The notes: generated by a model from the letters alone, not told the origin. Shown: positions 36,606 to 49,115, numbered from the stretch's first letter. The stretch: 64,000 bases of DNA from Azolla caroliniana (GCA_043228905.1 JBHGNT010000013.1:17360001-17424000), one strand, 5' to 3'. Numbers and translations are program-made.

Positions 36606-39600
36606 TGTTGGAGACAAGGTCGTGTCGATGCGGAAGATCAAGAAGCATTCGATTAGGGTTTCTAGTACCTGCGTATGACAGTTTCTAAGATCGTGCACAG
36701 AGAGAGAGAGAGAGAGAGAGAGAGGAGGCACAAAAGATTCTTCCTATTCCATAGAAAACAATAATACAACCAACCTTACAAAAAAGGTTACAAGGTCACT
36801 ATATATAGTGACCGACTTAGGGCAACTACCATTTATGCTAATTACACAAATGGCCCAAACTTGATCTATACAAAGGGATAGTGTGAATACGTCCATTATA
36901 CACTTGTATTCGACACTCCCCCGTAATGGGCGTATACATGGGTTATCTAAGATTACAGGTATAAACCTAGGTTCTCGGACATATCAGTTTTGTTCGAGTC
37001 GGCAGGGTCCGAAGGCAGAAGACCGAACTGGTCGGGTCGGAAGAGTTGAAGCCGATCATTGAGGAACTGATGTCGGTTGTCTGAAACCATCCTGCGCTGT
37101 GTCCGGCTCTAACCGGACTGGTTTGTCGTTACGCCCATCTGATGCCGAAGGGACCGAAAGCGGTCTGCCGAAAGACACTTGGTCATTCCATCTGCGACAT
37201 TGTCGGTTGTGGATATTTTCTCTAGACCGATTTTCCCTGAAATGACGCAGTCCCGAACGAAGTGATATCGAACGTCGATATGTTTGGAGGCGTTGTGGTG
37301 AACCGGATTTCTCGACAAGGCAACAGCACCTTGACTGTCGCTATAGACAACTGGGGCCGAGTCATGGTCGACTTGTCGAAACGTGTGCGCCAGCCGGCCG
37401 AGCCACAAAGCTTCTTTTGCAGCGTCGGTCGCAGCTACATATTCTGCTTCGGTCGTTGAGGTTGTTGTGCACTCCTGAAGTTTCGACTTCCATGAAATTG
37501 CTCCATTGCCGAATTTGAAGCAGTATCCGGTTGTTGATTTCCGACTGTCTATACAGCCGGCGAAGTCCGAGTCGGTGTAACCGACAACGCCCGAGGTCGA
37601 GTTCGGACCGAAAAGAATGCCGTGGTCTTTTGTGCCAGCCAGATATTTGAACACATGCTTGACTGCGTTCCAATGCGATCGGCCAGGATTGTGCATAAAT
37701 CTGCTAACGACTCCTACGACATGAGAGATATCAGGCCGTGTCGCGACCATCAGGTACATAAGAGAGCCGACTGCCGGTGCATACGGTACCGACTTCATAT
37801 CTTCCCCCTCCGGACCGGATGTCGGGCAGTCTCGCTGAGAGAGCCGAAGATTCATGGGGAGCGGGGTTGAAGCAGATTTGGCTGATTGCATGTTGAAGCG
37901 TTCCAAGACACGTCCGATATAGTCGGTCTGAGACAAAAAAAGATGTCGTTTATCGCGATGCCGACTAATCTTCATGCCAAGTATGTGTCGTGCCGGACCG
38001 AGATCCTTCATGGCAAACTTCAACCGCAGTTGCCAAACGAGATCGGCAAGTTCACCCGCGTCCAGAAATTAGCATGTCGTCCACGTAAATGATGAGGAAG
38101 ATGGGTGATCCATCTTGAGCTGTGTTGGTAAAAAGACAATGGTCCTCATCGCTTTTTGAGAAGCCGATCGATTGGATGAAGTCGTCGAACTTCTTGTACC
38201 ATTGTCGCGGTGCCTGTTTGAGGCCATATAGACTCTTCCTGAGTCGGCAGACTAGATGTTCTTGGCCAGTTGCCACGAAGCCTTTTGGCTGCTCCATATA
38301 AATTTCCTCTTCAAGATCACCATGGAGGAAGGTTGTTTTGACATCTAGCTGAATCAGCTCCAAGTTGTCGGCTGCCACTACGCCGAGTAGGAAACGAAGG
38401 GTTGTCATTTTCACCACTGGTGAAAAAATCTCGTCGAAGTCGACGCCATATTCTTGTCGGAAGCCCTTCGCAACTAATCTGGCCTTGTACTTTGGGGTGG
38501 TCGAATCAGACGTCTCTTTTAGGCGATAAACCCACTTGCAAGGAAGAGCACGTCGATTCTTAGGTAGTTCGACCAGATCCCAAGTCTTGTTTGCCCGAAT
38601 GGAGTGCATTTCCGACTCCATCGCCAGATGCCAGGTGGCTGAATCGACAGATGTCGATGCTTCTTCGTAAGACGTCGGTTCGCCGGCGTCGGTGAAGAAA
38701 ATTCCAGGAGAGTACCTCTCCGGAGGTTGCGACAGTCTCTCGGATCGTCTAGGTATGATTGGACTGGTCGCATCGGGTATCGAGGTCGGATGGTCCGAAA
38801 GCGAATCATTCGGCTGTGCCGAGTCAGAGTTGTCCGAGTCGGTAGTGTAAGGTTCAGCTACCCGTGAAGCTGACCGTGTGTTAAGAGCGGGGCCTTCTTG
38901 AAGGGTCGGCACATCGGAAAATGTTACCCTTCGGACTTCGATCGGTGTTTCGACTGATGGATTCATAGCCGACTCGTTGAACACAACGTCCGAACTACGA
39001 ACGATTTGTCTGCGTTCGGGGTCCCAGAGTCGGTATCCCATTTCGCCGTCGGATCCATATCCAAGGAAAATGCATTTCCTGGACCGAGGTGCAAGTTTTC
39101 GGCAATCATCTTTCGGAATAAGGGCATACGCCTCGCATCCGAAGATCCTCAGCTTGTCGTAATTCGGCTTACTGCCGATCCATAGTTCCTGAGGAATTTG
39201 AAGTCCTAGAGGTCTACTTGGCGACATATTGATTATGTGTACTGCCGTGAGTAGAGCCTCTGCCCAGAAACCATCCGACAGTCCGGAGTGTTGGAGCATG
39301 GAAACTATCCGTTCTTGGATTGTCCGATTCATGCGTTCTGCAATCCCGTTTTGCTCCGGACTGTGTGGTGCCGTAAATTCACGTCGGATGCCGCGTTGTC
39401 GGCATAATTTGACGAATTCTTCTGATTTGAACTCTCCCCCATTGTCGGTCCGAAAGCATTTCAGTTTTCGGTCAGTTTGATTTTCTACCATAGCGAGCCA
39501 ATCGGAGAAGATCGAGAAGACACGATCTTTGGTGCGAATTGGATAAGCCCACACCTTTCGAGTCGAATCGTCAATAAAACTGACGAAGTAAGAGGCACCG

Positions 39601-42099
39601 CCGAGAGACTGATGCGGCATTGGGCCACAGACGTCCGAGTGGACTAAATCGAGAGGTCTCGTTTCTCTTGGTGCTGATGTCGGGTGTGATGCGGCTGCTT
39701 GTTTGCCATACTGGCAATGTTCGCAGAATTGATGATCCGAGAAGGAGAGTTTAGGGATGTATCCGGCTCTAGATAGGTGCGTGATGCCGGCCTTGCTGAG
39801 GTGTCCTAATCTTCTGTGCCATAGTGATGACACAGGAATATCCACCAAAAACAGGTTACCCTCTCTGAGCGTAACGTGTAACGGATACAGTGAGTGTATC
39901 TTGGGTCCTCTGGCAAGCAGGAGGTTCCCCCTGTGGAGTGTCCACCCTCCCGAAGAAAAACCGGCACGAATGCCGTCTTCATCTAGTTGTCCGACTGAGA
40001 TCAATGGCCTTGAGAGCTCGGGTACAAGTGTAGAGCCACCTGCAAGGTTGAGCTCTACTGTGCCGATTCCAATGATGTCACAGTGTTGCGAGTTGCCGAC
40101 TCGAACTGAGTCGGAGTGACGGATCGTATATTGCCGAAATTGGGATCGATGAGGAGTCACGTGAAATGACGCGACCGAATCTAAGAGCCATGTGCTCGAT
40201 TCTTCAGTCGTGAGCAGAACTTCTGATCCGACTGGATTTTCGATTGATAGTATATTCGGGTCGTTTGGTAACACATCAGCTGAGGAGCTGATGTAATTGA
40301 TCTCCTCATGCCGGCCACTCTTCTTGTCTGATTTCTGAGACTTGTCGTTCTTGTTCTTGAGTGCGCGGCAGTCGGCTTTGATGTGTCCGGGTTTCTTGCA
40401 ATAGTTGCAGATTCGATTATCCCGTGACTGGCTCCGTCTTCGCTGATTGTTCGGCTGCCGTGAGGAATCTCTTCCTCGTATGTTCGATCGGTCTGTCGAA
40501 CCTTGTACTACATAAGCGTCGTCTGTTGAGTCTTTGGCGAAAGACTTTCTTCGAGCTGCTTCGGTCAGGATTGCGCTCGTGACTTCGGAGTATTTAACAG
40601 CCCTGGTTGACGCGTTGCACACGGTTGTGACGAAAGTTTCCCATGATGAGGGAAGGCTGCTCATGAGTATCATTGCTCTGAGTTCATCCTCGATTGCCGT
40701 CCCCTGAGATGAGATTTGGGAGCTTATGCTTTCGTACTCATTGAGATGTGCTTGAACCGAATCTGATTCTTTCATCCGCAAGTTGTAGAGGCGCCGGATC
40801 AGAAACATCTTTGTTGCAGCAACCTTCTTTTCGTAAGTGTCCGACAGTGTTTTCCACAGTTCGAATGTTGTCGTACACGATTGCACCGTAAAGTATACCG
40901 ATTCCGATAGGTGCATCCGAATCGTGGCGCGGACGATTCTGTCCAGCTTCTGCCACTCAATTGGTTTGTATCCTTCTGGAGGTTCTTCATTTTCGATGGG
41001 ATCGATTTGCCCCTTGACTATGAGATAGTCCTGCATTTGCTCCTTCCAGAAGTTGAAGTTCGATCCATCGAACTTTCGTAGACTCATTTCTGACGAGCCG
41101 GATGTTGATGCCATCAAATTTGGTTTCGGTTGACGAAGCTTGGTTCGGAGTTGACTACGAACCTTGTTGGAGTGCAGCCGGTTGGCTCACCCGATATCGT
41201 TCTAGTCGGATTTGGACCCGAGTCGGTTCGGCTTCGGATATATGTATTGTTGAACTTGCTCGAATTGACTCCAGTAACTTGAGGGACAGAACCGACTGGT
41301 CTTCCCGAATGTTGCCGAGTCGGAGTGAGCCCGGTTCGCTTCCGAATATATATGCCAAATACCGATTATTGAAACCGATTGTCTGGACCGATTCTGCTTC
41401 GGGTGACTGCAGCGACGAGAGAGACGGATCCAACTGATCCTCCCGAATGTCGATCAGCCGGATGAAGCACGAATTTGGGTTGTTGTCCTTGAAGTCGTCG
41501 TTGTGCAGGAACCCCACCTCAAGCAGTTACGATCAGGGAAGTAGAGTACAGCCGACTGGCTTACTCCGAGTGATGATCTAACGCAGCGAGATTCAAGCTT
41601 GTGTTTGCCTACTTTCTTCTCTGTTTCTTCGAATGACGCAAGAGGCCGAATGCTTTGCAGACTAGGATGAAGCGAAAGGCCGAATACTGTGCAGGCTCTG
41701 ATGAAGCGAAGAACCGAATGTTGTGCAGGCTGAGACGACGGCCGACAGCGGGTTGAGGGACCGAATACTGTGCAGGCTCTGATACCAGATGTTGGAGACA
41801 AGGTCGTGTCGATGCGGAAGATCAAGAAGCATTCGATTAGGGTTTCTAGTACCTGCGTATGACAGTTTCTAAGATCGTGCACAGAGAGAGAGAGAGAGAG
41901 AGAGAGAGGAGGCACAAAAGACTCTTCCTATTCCATAGAAAACAATAATACAACCAACCTTACAAAAAAGGTTACAAGGTCACTATATATAGTGACCGAC
42001 TTAGGGCAACTACCATTTATGCTAATTACACAAATGGCCCAAACTTGATCTATACAAAGGGATAGTGTGAATACGTCCATTATACACTTGTATTCGACA
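36606..42099 (-). mobile_element. Element F: Ty1/copia LTR retrotransposon nested in element E
   Basis: 310-bp LTRs 36606-36915 and 41790-42099 (1 difference seen), TSD GCTCG, tRNAi-Met PBS TGGTATCAGAGCC at 41775-41787 and PPT 36916-36926. Confidence 0.97.
37109..41114 (-). pseudogene. Copia gag-PR-INT-RT-RH polyprotein with a frameshift near 38058
   Basis: CNYCKKPGHIKADC, WLLDS, HSDVCGP, TDNGGEF, YVDD, YTDSDFAG and KHIDVRYHF. The frame breaks just after YVDDMLISGR. Confidence 0.95.
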
Positions 42100-43779
42100 G
42101 CTCGGGCCCAGTGTGGCCTCGAATAGTGGCTCTCCGCCCACTCGTCTTCCATCGCCATGTCGTCGATGTGCGTTGTCCGCACCTCCACCGGTCTTTCCGG
42201 TTCCGTCTCCGTCGACAGCCTCTTCCGTTTCACCAGGTCCCCAATGAAGTCGTGGAACTCCTTCTTGACGATCCCTAGCACCTCCCGTAATGACAGCTCC
42301 ACTTTGTTGTCGAGGATCCGTTCTTCCAGGACCTTTCGTAGGTCCGTAGTCCTTTCTATTTCCGTCCCCAGTCGGTATCCACCCTTCCTCGGGTTATCTT
42401 GCGAGCTGGACCCACCGGCATTGTTCCGTCATTGCCCGAATCGGGTCTCGTACCGTTGTGAGGGCCCGGCCGCTCCGGCTTTCCCCACTCGCTTGTCTTC
42501 TACCAGAGCCTCGTAGTTCCGGCAAGCGGCTTCTACGAAGCCCGTCTTCTCCTCGACCGGATCGCTCCACCCGGTTATTTCCCGGACCCGTCTCTCAGCA
42601 CGGTCCGTTTAATCTTTCCTTGGTCGTGCACCGGCAAGACCTTCTAGCATTGCCGACCAGAATCCGTCTTTGCCCTCCTTTCGGGCCTCGCTGCCCCCGA
42701 CCCGAATGCCGGCCGACGCCGAGTAGTGGATGGCCTCCACGTGTCGGGCCACTACCTCTTCCATCAGTCTCTTCATTCCTCCTCGCCCGTCGTTTCTGTT
42801 CAGGGCCCTCCTAGTGTCGCCGGCGTGCACCCGGCCTTCCCACAGGTACACCACCTGGTTCCTCAACGCCTCTGTGAAATCGCCGCAGTCCTTCCGAATG
42901 TGGCCGACCTCGCCGCACCACATGCACCTGTTCCCCGCTGCCGGTCGTCAGTCACGAGCCGGTTCGCCGCCTTCCCTTCGAGTCTGGGCGATCTGGAGAT
43001 CCTTTATCGCCCGCGTCAACTCCTCCAGCGTTGCTCCTCCGGACGAGCCATTGACCATGCCGGCCGAAGCCGGACCGGTTTCAAGCCATTCCCGGGTTTC
43101 TTCCCTTCGCACTTGCGGTGCCGGTTCAAGCCTCCTTGCTGTGACAGAGCCCGCACCGGCCGCCCCGTTGTCAGCCCATTCTCGTCGTTTGTCGAAACGG
43201 CCACAGACTCTCTTAACCGCAGCCCAGTCGGTTGTCAGCCCGTCTTCGGTTTCCAGCAAGGAGCCGACTTGATCTCTGTCTCGCTCGTCCACCGACTTGA
43301 CGAACAATAGGACTCGGCTCGTATCCAGAACGGTTCGGTCAAGCGCCGAAAGGCGCGCAAAGCGTTCTTCGAACTCCCGGAGGAGTGCCGACGCGTTTCT
43401 TCCTTTGTCGGGGGACTCCACCCATTCCATGAAGTCCCGTTTCGAAAGCCGGAGCGCGTCGTCCAGCCCGTATTTTTCTAGGAGTCGGCCTTCGAACTCC
43501 TCCCAGGTACGGCTCTCCGCCCGCACCTGGAGCACCTCCGCATGGATGCTCGGCATCGCCACTCGAGGAAACCCGGCAAGACGCCTCTCTTCCGGAATGT
43601 CCCGCATCAGCATTTCTGCCCCGTAGGACGCCAAATACTTTGTGGCATCCTTTCCGCTGAACCGGCCGATCGTACTGACGACCGCCTCAATGGCTCTGTC
43701 GAGGGCGTCAGTGCCCTCGCGTGCACTCAATATCCGATCCACGGCCGAAGCCATGGCCTCTGCAAGATCCGACCCCTTC
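42100..43779 (-). pseudogene. Element E gag (with stops)
   Basis: Homologous to D gag; CMWCGEVGHIRKDC knuckle; stops at ~42948 and ~42609. Confidence 0.88.
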
Positions 43780-44728
43780 ATCTTCTGCTCTTCTGCCGCC
43801 TCTTTCACGTCGGGTTCACCAAAGATGTCGAGGTATTCCTCGCGGATGCGTGGGATGAGGCGGAACCTCGGGGGTCTTGTACCAAAGAGCAAGAGAGGAA
43901 GGAGAAGAGACCCTCTACGTGCGAGCGTAGATCCACAGGGACACGGCCCTTCGACGCAAAGACGCAAGTGGGACAGCGACACAGAAAGACACGAATGTAT
44001 GTATGTATTAACAAAGACAAACAATAAGAACACGAAGACAACAAAACCACGAAGTCTGTTACAACCGAACAGGCCGGCGAACAGATGCCAATGCCTGTTC
44101 ATAAACGCACAGAAAGACAGGAGCAGGTTGGAGGTGCTGCCGGAGGCACTCGGGCATTCCTCAGAGCAGCGCAAGCCTCCCGAAACCTGCACAGAAGGAA
44201 GCTATGGAGTTTGCGAACCAGAGAGAGAGAGAGAGAGAGAAGCCTTCGCACGCAAACCGACAGCACTTCGTCCTCGACTCTCTGCGATCCCTTTCTCCTC
44301 CTCGTCTCCCTCCTCTTATAGGCAAAAAAGGGAGCCGTTTCCTATTAACTCCCTACCTACCGAATCTACCTACCTAGGATCTTCTATGGACAACATTCGA
44401 GAAGAGCCGGTTCCTACGCTCCTGTGCACCGATTCTGCTTGTGGACGGTTTTCTTCACGACAACGCCTCTCTTCCGGAATATGTAAACGTTTTATACAAC
44501 CAATTAATTACCACTACAACATCATTGAATTAATGAAAACAATTACATATAGACTATACACATGATTAGATGGGAGAAGAAAAAATAGAAAAAAAAAGGA
44601 AAGAGTTACCGAAGTTCCTTTGTTGATCGTTGTCTGGATCAAGGCCGACCGCACATCGATCGATCACCATCAATCAACAAAATAAAAGACAACAAAAGAA
44701 ACATTAGCACATTAGCTTTGATACCGAC

Positions 44729-45185
44729 TATTAGAGACATGAACTAATGTAAGCATTAGATAAGGATAGAATATAGATAGATAGATAGAAAGGAGAGACA
44801 GAAAGAAGGGTGTCGATCCACCCGACCACCCCCGAGCGAAGGGATCGAGACGGACTCGAGCCTCGATTAGCGTCCCATACCACCGTCGTGGCGTTGAGTC
44901 ATACCTGGTGTTGGCGCGCTCACTACAAGAGTTGACCCACCACAAGACAGAGTCTCGACGTAGTCAACAAGATGATGAAATGAGGGTAGTTAGGCCTCTT
45001 ATTTATAGCGATACCCAAGGCCCCTAGGCAAGTTCACACTTGGCCTAATGGGTTATCTCAATCCCGAGGATTAAAAGTAATCCTCCCCTTCTTTACACTC
45101 TCATTTAACCCTCACACTTATCCACGTGGATAGAATACTACGGTAAATTCTCACCACGGGATATTATATGGTCATGCCCGTAACA
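44729..45185 (-). repeat. 5' LTR of element A
   Basis: Matches 13181-13664; adjacent PBS and TSD. Confidence 0.95.
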
Positions 45186-46226
45186 TTTGGTCCATGCCAA
45201 TTATACACCGTTGATGATATGAGAAGTAAGCTTGTTTTTAAGAAAACATCTCATTTAGTGTGGTTGAGCACCCCATATAATGGTCGTATATCCCAAATAA
45301 CCATTTCCAAAAACAATAATTACAAAGATTCATAACCATAAAAAATATATAGTTTGGAGAAATTGATGAGTTATATACATTATTGTCCAACACTTCTCTT
45401 CTCTTTATCATGTCATATCTTACTATTGTGAGGAAAGATCATCGTATCACAAATTTAAACAAAATTTAATAGAAAAAAGTTCATTTATTTTTATCGGTAT
45501 CAATATCGACTTCAACTCTAAACATTTATTGTCTTAAATAGTTTATAGTTCAATAATTGCATTCTTCTTTTAGAACCCACGGACTTTGTGGGTTGGAGAT
45601 CAATTGCATTGAACACGTGCTGAGATGCAATAATTTGAGGATGTTATAACTCAACACAAATTTTGTGCATCCTCAGCGAAATGGTCTCATCTTGCAGATA
45701 AGGTTAATGCTTATTTTTTTCGTGTAAATAAAATTGGTCGTACTAAGAATGTAATGAGGCAATTAGAGAGGGAGGATGGATCATTAACATCGGATGGTGT
45801 TGAAATGAGGAGAATTGCCTTCGACTTCTATAAATCCTTGCTAACTAGGCAATCATTTACACATGAGCAATTGGCCTTAAGATCTACATTAATGTAAAGT
45901 TAATCTTTCTATGGCTAATGAATTAGTAAAACCTTTTAATGTTCATGAGGTGTATGTTGCAATTACGGCCTTAGGTAAGAATGTATGTACTAGCATCGAT
46001 GGTTTTCCTCCTGAATTTTTTCTTTGCTATTGGGATCACATTGGAATTAGTGTAACAGAAGCATTACAAGAGGTTTTTACTTTGGGTGATATGCCTTATC
46101 AATGGAATGCAAGTTTTTTTTTTCTTTCCTAAATTGGAGGGGGTAGTAGTTGACATTAAGAAGTGGCGGCCGATAACTATTCTAAATACTATCTACAAGA
46201 TATACACTAAAGTCCTTGCTTTACGT

Positions 46227-47620
46227 TGTCGTGAAGATTTTCGCCAATGGTGTGAAAATCACATAAGACGTACGAAATCAAGTGTCAATCATATAAAACA
46301 ATAATAGCGAATATACTAATTCTAAGTAAGTTTAATATCTTAGTACAAAAGACGAAGATCTTGAAGAGATGCACTTTACTACATAAGAAACGGACATCTA
46401 AATGTCAACTTATGTGGGTAAGAAGTTGCGAAAGAAAAAGAGAAAATTGTGAGGTATCCCACATAGATAGGACGAATAAGGCTCTCACCATATATAAGGT
46501 AGAGCAAAAGTTATTATCTTTGTGTCTATGTGAGGAGCACACATGTTTCGGAGACTTGGGCAGTTGCAGAAAGCCAACGTGAGACCCAAGAGATGGACGG
46601 TGGTGATACCCATGTAGAACACTCCATCTAGAGACTTGGGCAATTGCGTTGAGAACCAACGTGGGACCCAAGATACAGATCGTAGGAAACGAATGTAAAA
46701 TTTGAAAGGTAAAAAATTAGAATGTGAAAGGAGTGTCTATGTGAGGAGCATACATGTTCCGAAGACTTGGGCAATTGTAGAAAGCCAACGTGAGACCCAA
46801 GAGATGGACGGTGGTGTTACCCATGTAGGACACACTCCATCTAGAGACTTGGGCAATTGTGTTGAGAACCAACGTGGGACCCAAGAGACAGATGGTAGGA
46901 AACGAATGTAAAATTGAAAGGTAAAAAATTAGAATGTAAAAGGAGTGTCTATGTGAGGAACACACATGTTCCAGAGACTTGGGCAGCTCAAGCCGACGTG
47001 GCAACGTGAGACCCAAGAGATGGACGGTGGTGTTACCCATGTAGGACACACTCCATCTAGAGACTTGGGCAATTGCGTTGAGAACCAACGTGGGACCCAA
47101 GAGACAGATGGTAGGTAAAAAAGGTAAAATTGAAAGGTAAAAAATTAGAATGTAAAAGGAGTGTCAATGTGAGGAACACACATGTTCTAGAGACTTGGGC
47201 AGTTCAAGCCGACGTGGCAACGTGAGACCCAAGAGATGGACGGTGGTGTTACCCATGTAGGACACTCCATCTAGAGACTTGGGCAGTTGCGTTGAGAACC
47301 AACGTGGGACCCAAGAGACAGATGGTAGGAAAGGAATGTAAAATTGAAAGGTAAAATAATTAGAATGTAAAAGGGGGGATTTCTTTGAGAAAAGAAAGCT
47401 TTGTACTTTAAATCAAATTAATATTAAGAAGAAAATTCGTTATCCTTTTGATAATATACCTTGTTCTTGAAATCTAAATTCAAGAGTTCTTAATCTCTCT
47501 CTCTTTCAATCTATCTTAATTCCTTTCTCGCTAAAGCTTGTGCCAACGTCGAATCCTTCCGGTCCAGAACCCCAGCAGTTCCGCCTCACAATCCGCGCGT
47601 AGTGACGGATCTTCACGACA
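46227..47620 (+). mobile_element. Solo LTR, family C, with an internal tandem array
   Basis: Perfect 12-bp terminal inverted repeat TGTCGTGAAGAT/ATCTTCACGACA; TSD ACGT. Confidence 0.9.
46523..47374. repeat. 4 x ~213-bp tandem array
   Basis: Units start at 46523, 46734, 46946 and 47162. Confidence 0.95.
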
Positions 47621-48661
47621 ACGTATGCAAGAGTGTTCTATTTTTTATAATATTTTCATGTTTTGGGAGCTTACAGCTTTGGCAAAAGAGAAGGATGTTG
47701 ACCTAGTGGTGTTATTGTTGGACTTTGAAAAGGCATACGATAGAGTTAATTGGTCTTTCCTCGAGGAAGTTATGTTACAACTAGGATTTCCAATGGCTTG
47801 GGTAGTTGCGGTAAGAGCCTTGTATAAGAATGCATCTAGTTCCGTATATGTGGCGGGAGAAGTTGATGCTCCCTTCCCTATTTCAAGGTCGGTTAGGCAA
47901 GGATGCCCATTGGCCCCTTTCTTATACTTATTAATAGTTGAGGCTTTTCATGTGTATTTTAATAATCATGCCTTAAGGATTAAAGGGTTGCAATGGGGAG
48001 TCGATAATAAGCAAGTGCTTGATACTGAATTTGTTGATGATACAGCTTTATATATGGATGGGGAGGAACAAAATTTGCGTAATGTTCAATGTATGGTGCA
48101 AGAATTTTGTGAGCTATCAGGTGCTATTATAAATTGGAATAAATCCATTGGAATAAGAATGAAGAATAATAGAGTTTCACATTGGTTGCCCCATTCGGAT
48201 TTTCAATGGGTTCAACATGGGAGGTCAATATGATATCTTGGTTGTCAAATTGGTGGTGATATTACTCATGATCAACTTATTGCCCCCTTATTGATGTCAT
48301 TGAAGAGGAAATTGTTGTTTTGGTCATTCCAAACATCTATCGTTGGTTGGAAGAATTGTAATTGCTAATCAAGTGCTTCTGTCTTCGATGTGGTATATCC
48401 TCTCATTTGGTTGTTTTCAAGATCTATTCTCTCTCAGATACAAAGGCTTGCCCGCAATTTCTTATGGGGTGCATCTGATGCAAATACAAGATCTAAAGTT
48501 GCATGGAAGGTAATAATATCTCCTCCTCATGAGAGAGGATTAGGGTTGATAGACCCAATGTTTCAATGTGAGAAGTATGTTGCCAGGGAAGGAGCCATGG
48601 AAATTGTTACTTCATGAACGTATGAAGGAATTGGTTCCATGTAGAGGTGGACATTGGAAGC

Positions 48662-49115
48662 TGTTAAGGATTAGGTAATTAATTAAGGAATAATTATTAC
48701 CTAATTATGTGATTAAGTTAAGCGATTACATAGCAGAAGATTAAGTGATATGTGTGTGTATGTGTGCGTGAGAGGAAGAGAGAGAGAAGTACACTTATAA
48801 CACAAAAACAAGATGGGGGATAATAAAGTATATTAAAAGGTAAATATCATCAACTATCATCAAATACAAAAAATACCTTCAATGAGGTATATATAGGTTT
48901 CATGTGCAAGGGTGCACATGTGCTAGGAGAATATAGGTACAACGTGTAAGTTATTAAATTAGCACGGAGTGGTGGATCTACAATGTATCCCACTCGAGTA
49001 CAAAATCGTATTTAAGGCTTTATGGTCAACACACTAACTAGATTCTGTCTAAGTAACTACTAAGTTACATGTGTTGACTAACTAACTAAACTAAGTTGAG
49101 CTTGATCTCTCAACA
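48662..49115. mobile_element. Solo LTR of an unrelated family (454 bp)
   Basis: TGTTAAG...CTCAACA with 5-bp TSD GAAGC, interrupting the LINE ORF. Confidence 0.85.

Larger units (their letters stand above)
32061..44462 (-). mobile_element. Element E: full-length relative of D, nested in D gag
   Basis: LTRs 32061-32693 and 43826-44462 (about 14 substitutions), TSD ACGT/ACGC, tRNA-Trp PBS 43804-43821 and PPT 32694-32706. Confidence 0.95.
25971..44480 (-). mobile_element. Element D: non-chromoviral Ty3/gypsy (possibly Phygy-like), 5'-truncated, interrupted in gag by element E
   Basis: 3' LTR 25971-26619, PPT 26620-26632, internal region 26620-32060, and an 18-bp gag continuation at 44463-44480. 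5' LTR and PBS are missing. Confidence 0.88.
13181..45185 (-). mobile_element. Element A: chromovirus-type Ty3/gypsy LTR retrotransposon, host of the nest
   Basis: LTRs 13181-13664 and 44729-45185, 5-bp TSD TTTGG on both sides, degenerate tRNAi-Met PBS at 44715-44726, PPT 13665-13680, and gag-PR-RT-RH-INT-chromodomain order. Confidence 0.95.

Noticed and set aside
26673-44565. Numerous plus-strand and alternative-frame ORFs
   Set aside because: They are shadows of GC-rich gag/pol coding sequence with no independent motifs.
46523-47374. CRISPR-like array
   Set aside because: Whole 213-bp units repeat with no unique spacers, there are no cas genes, and it lies inside a plant LTR.
46227-47620. 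Family C as a TIR DNA transposon
   Set aside because: It has 12-bp inverted ends, but shares the TG..CA termini, 4-bp TSD and U5 motif with true LTRs of B, D and E.
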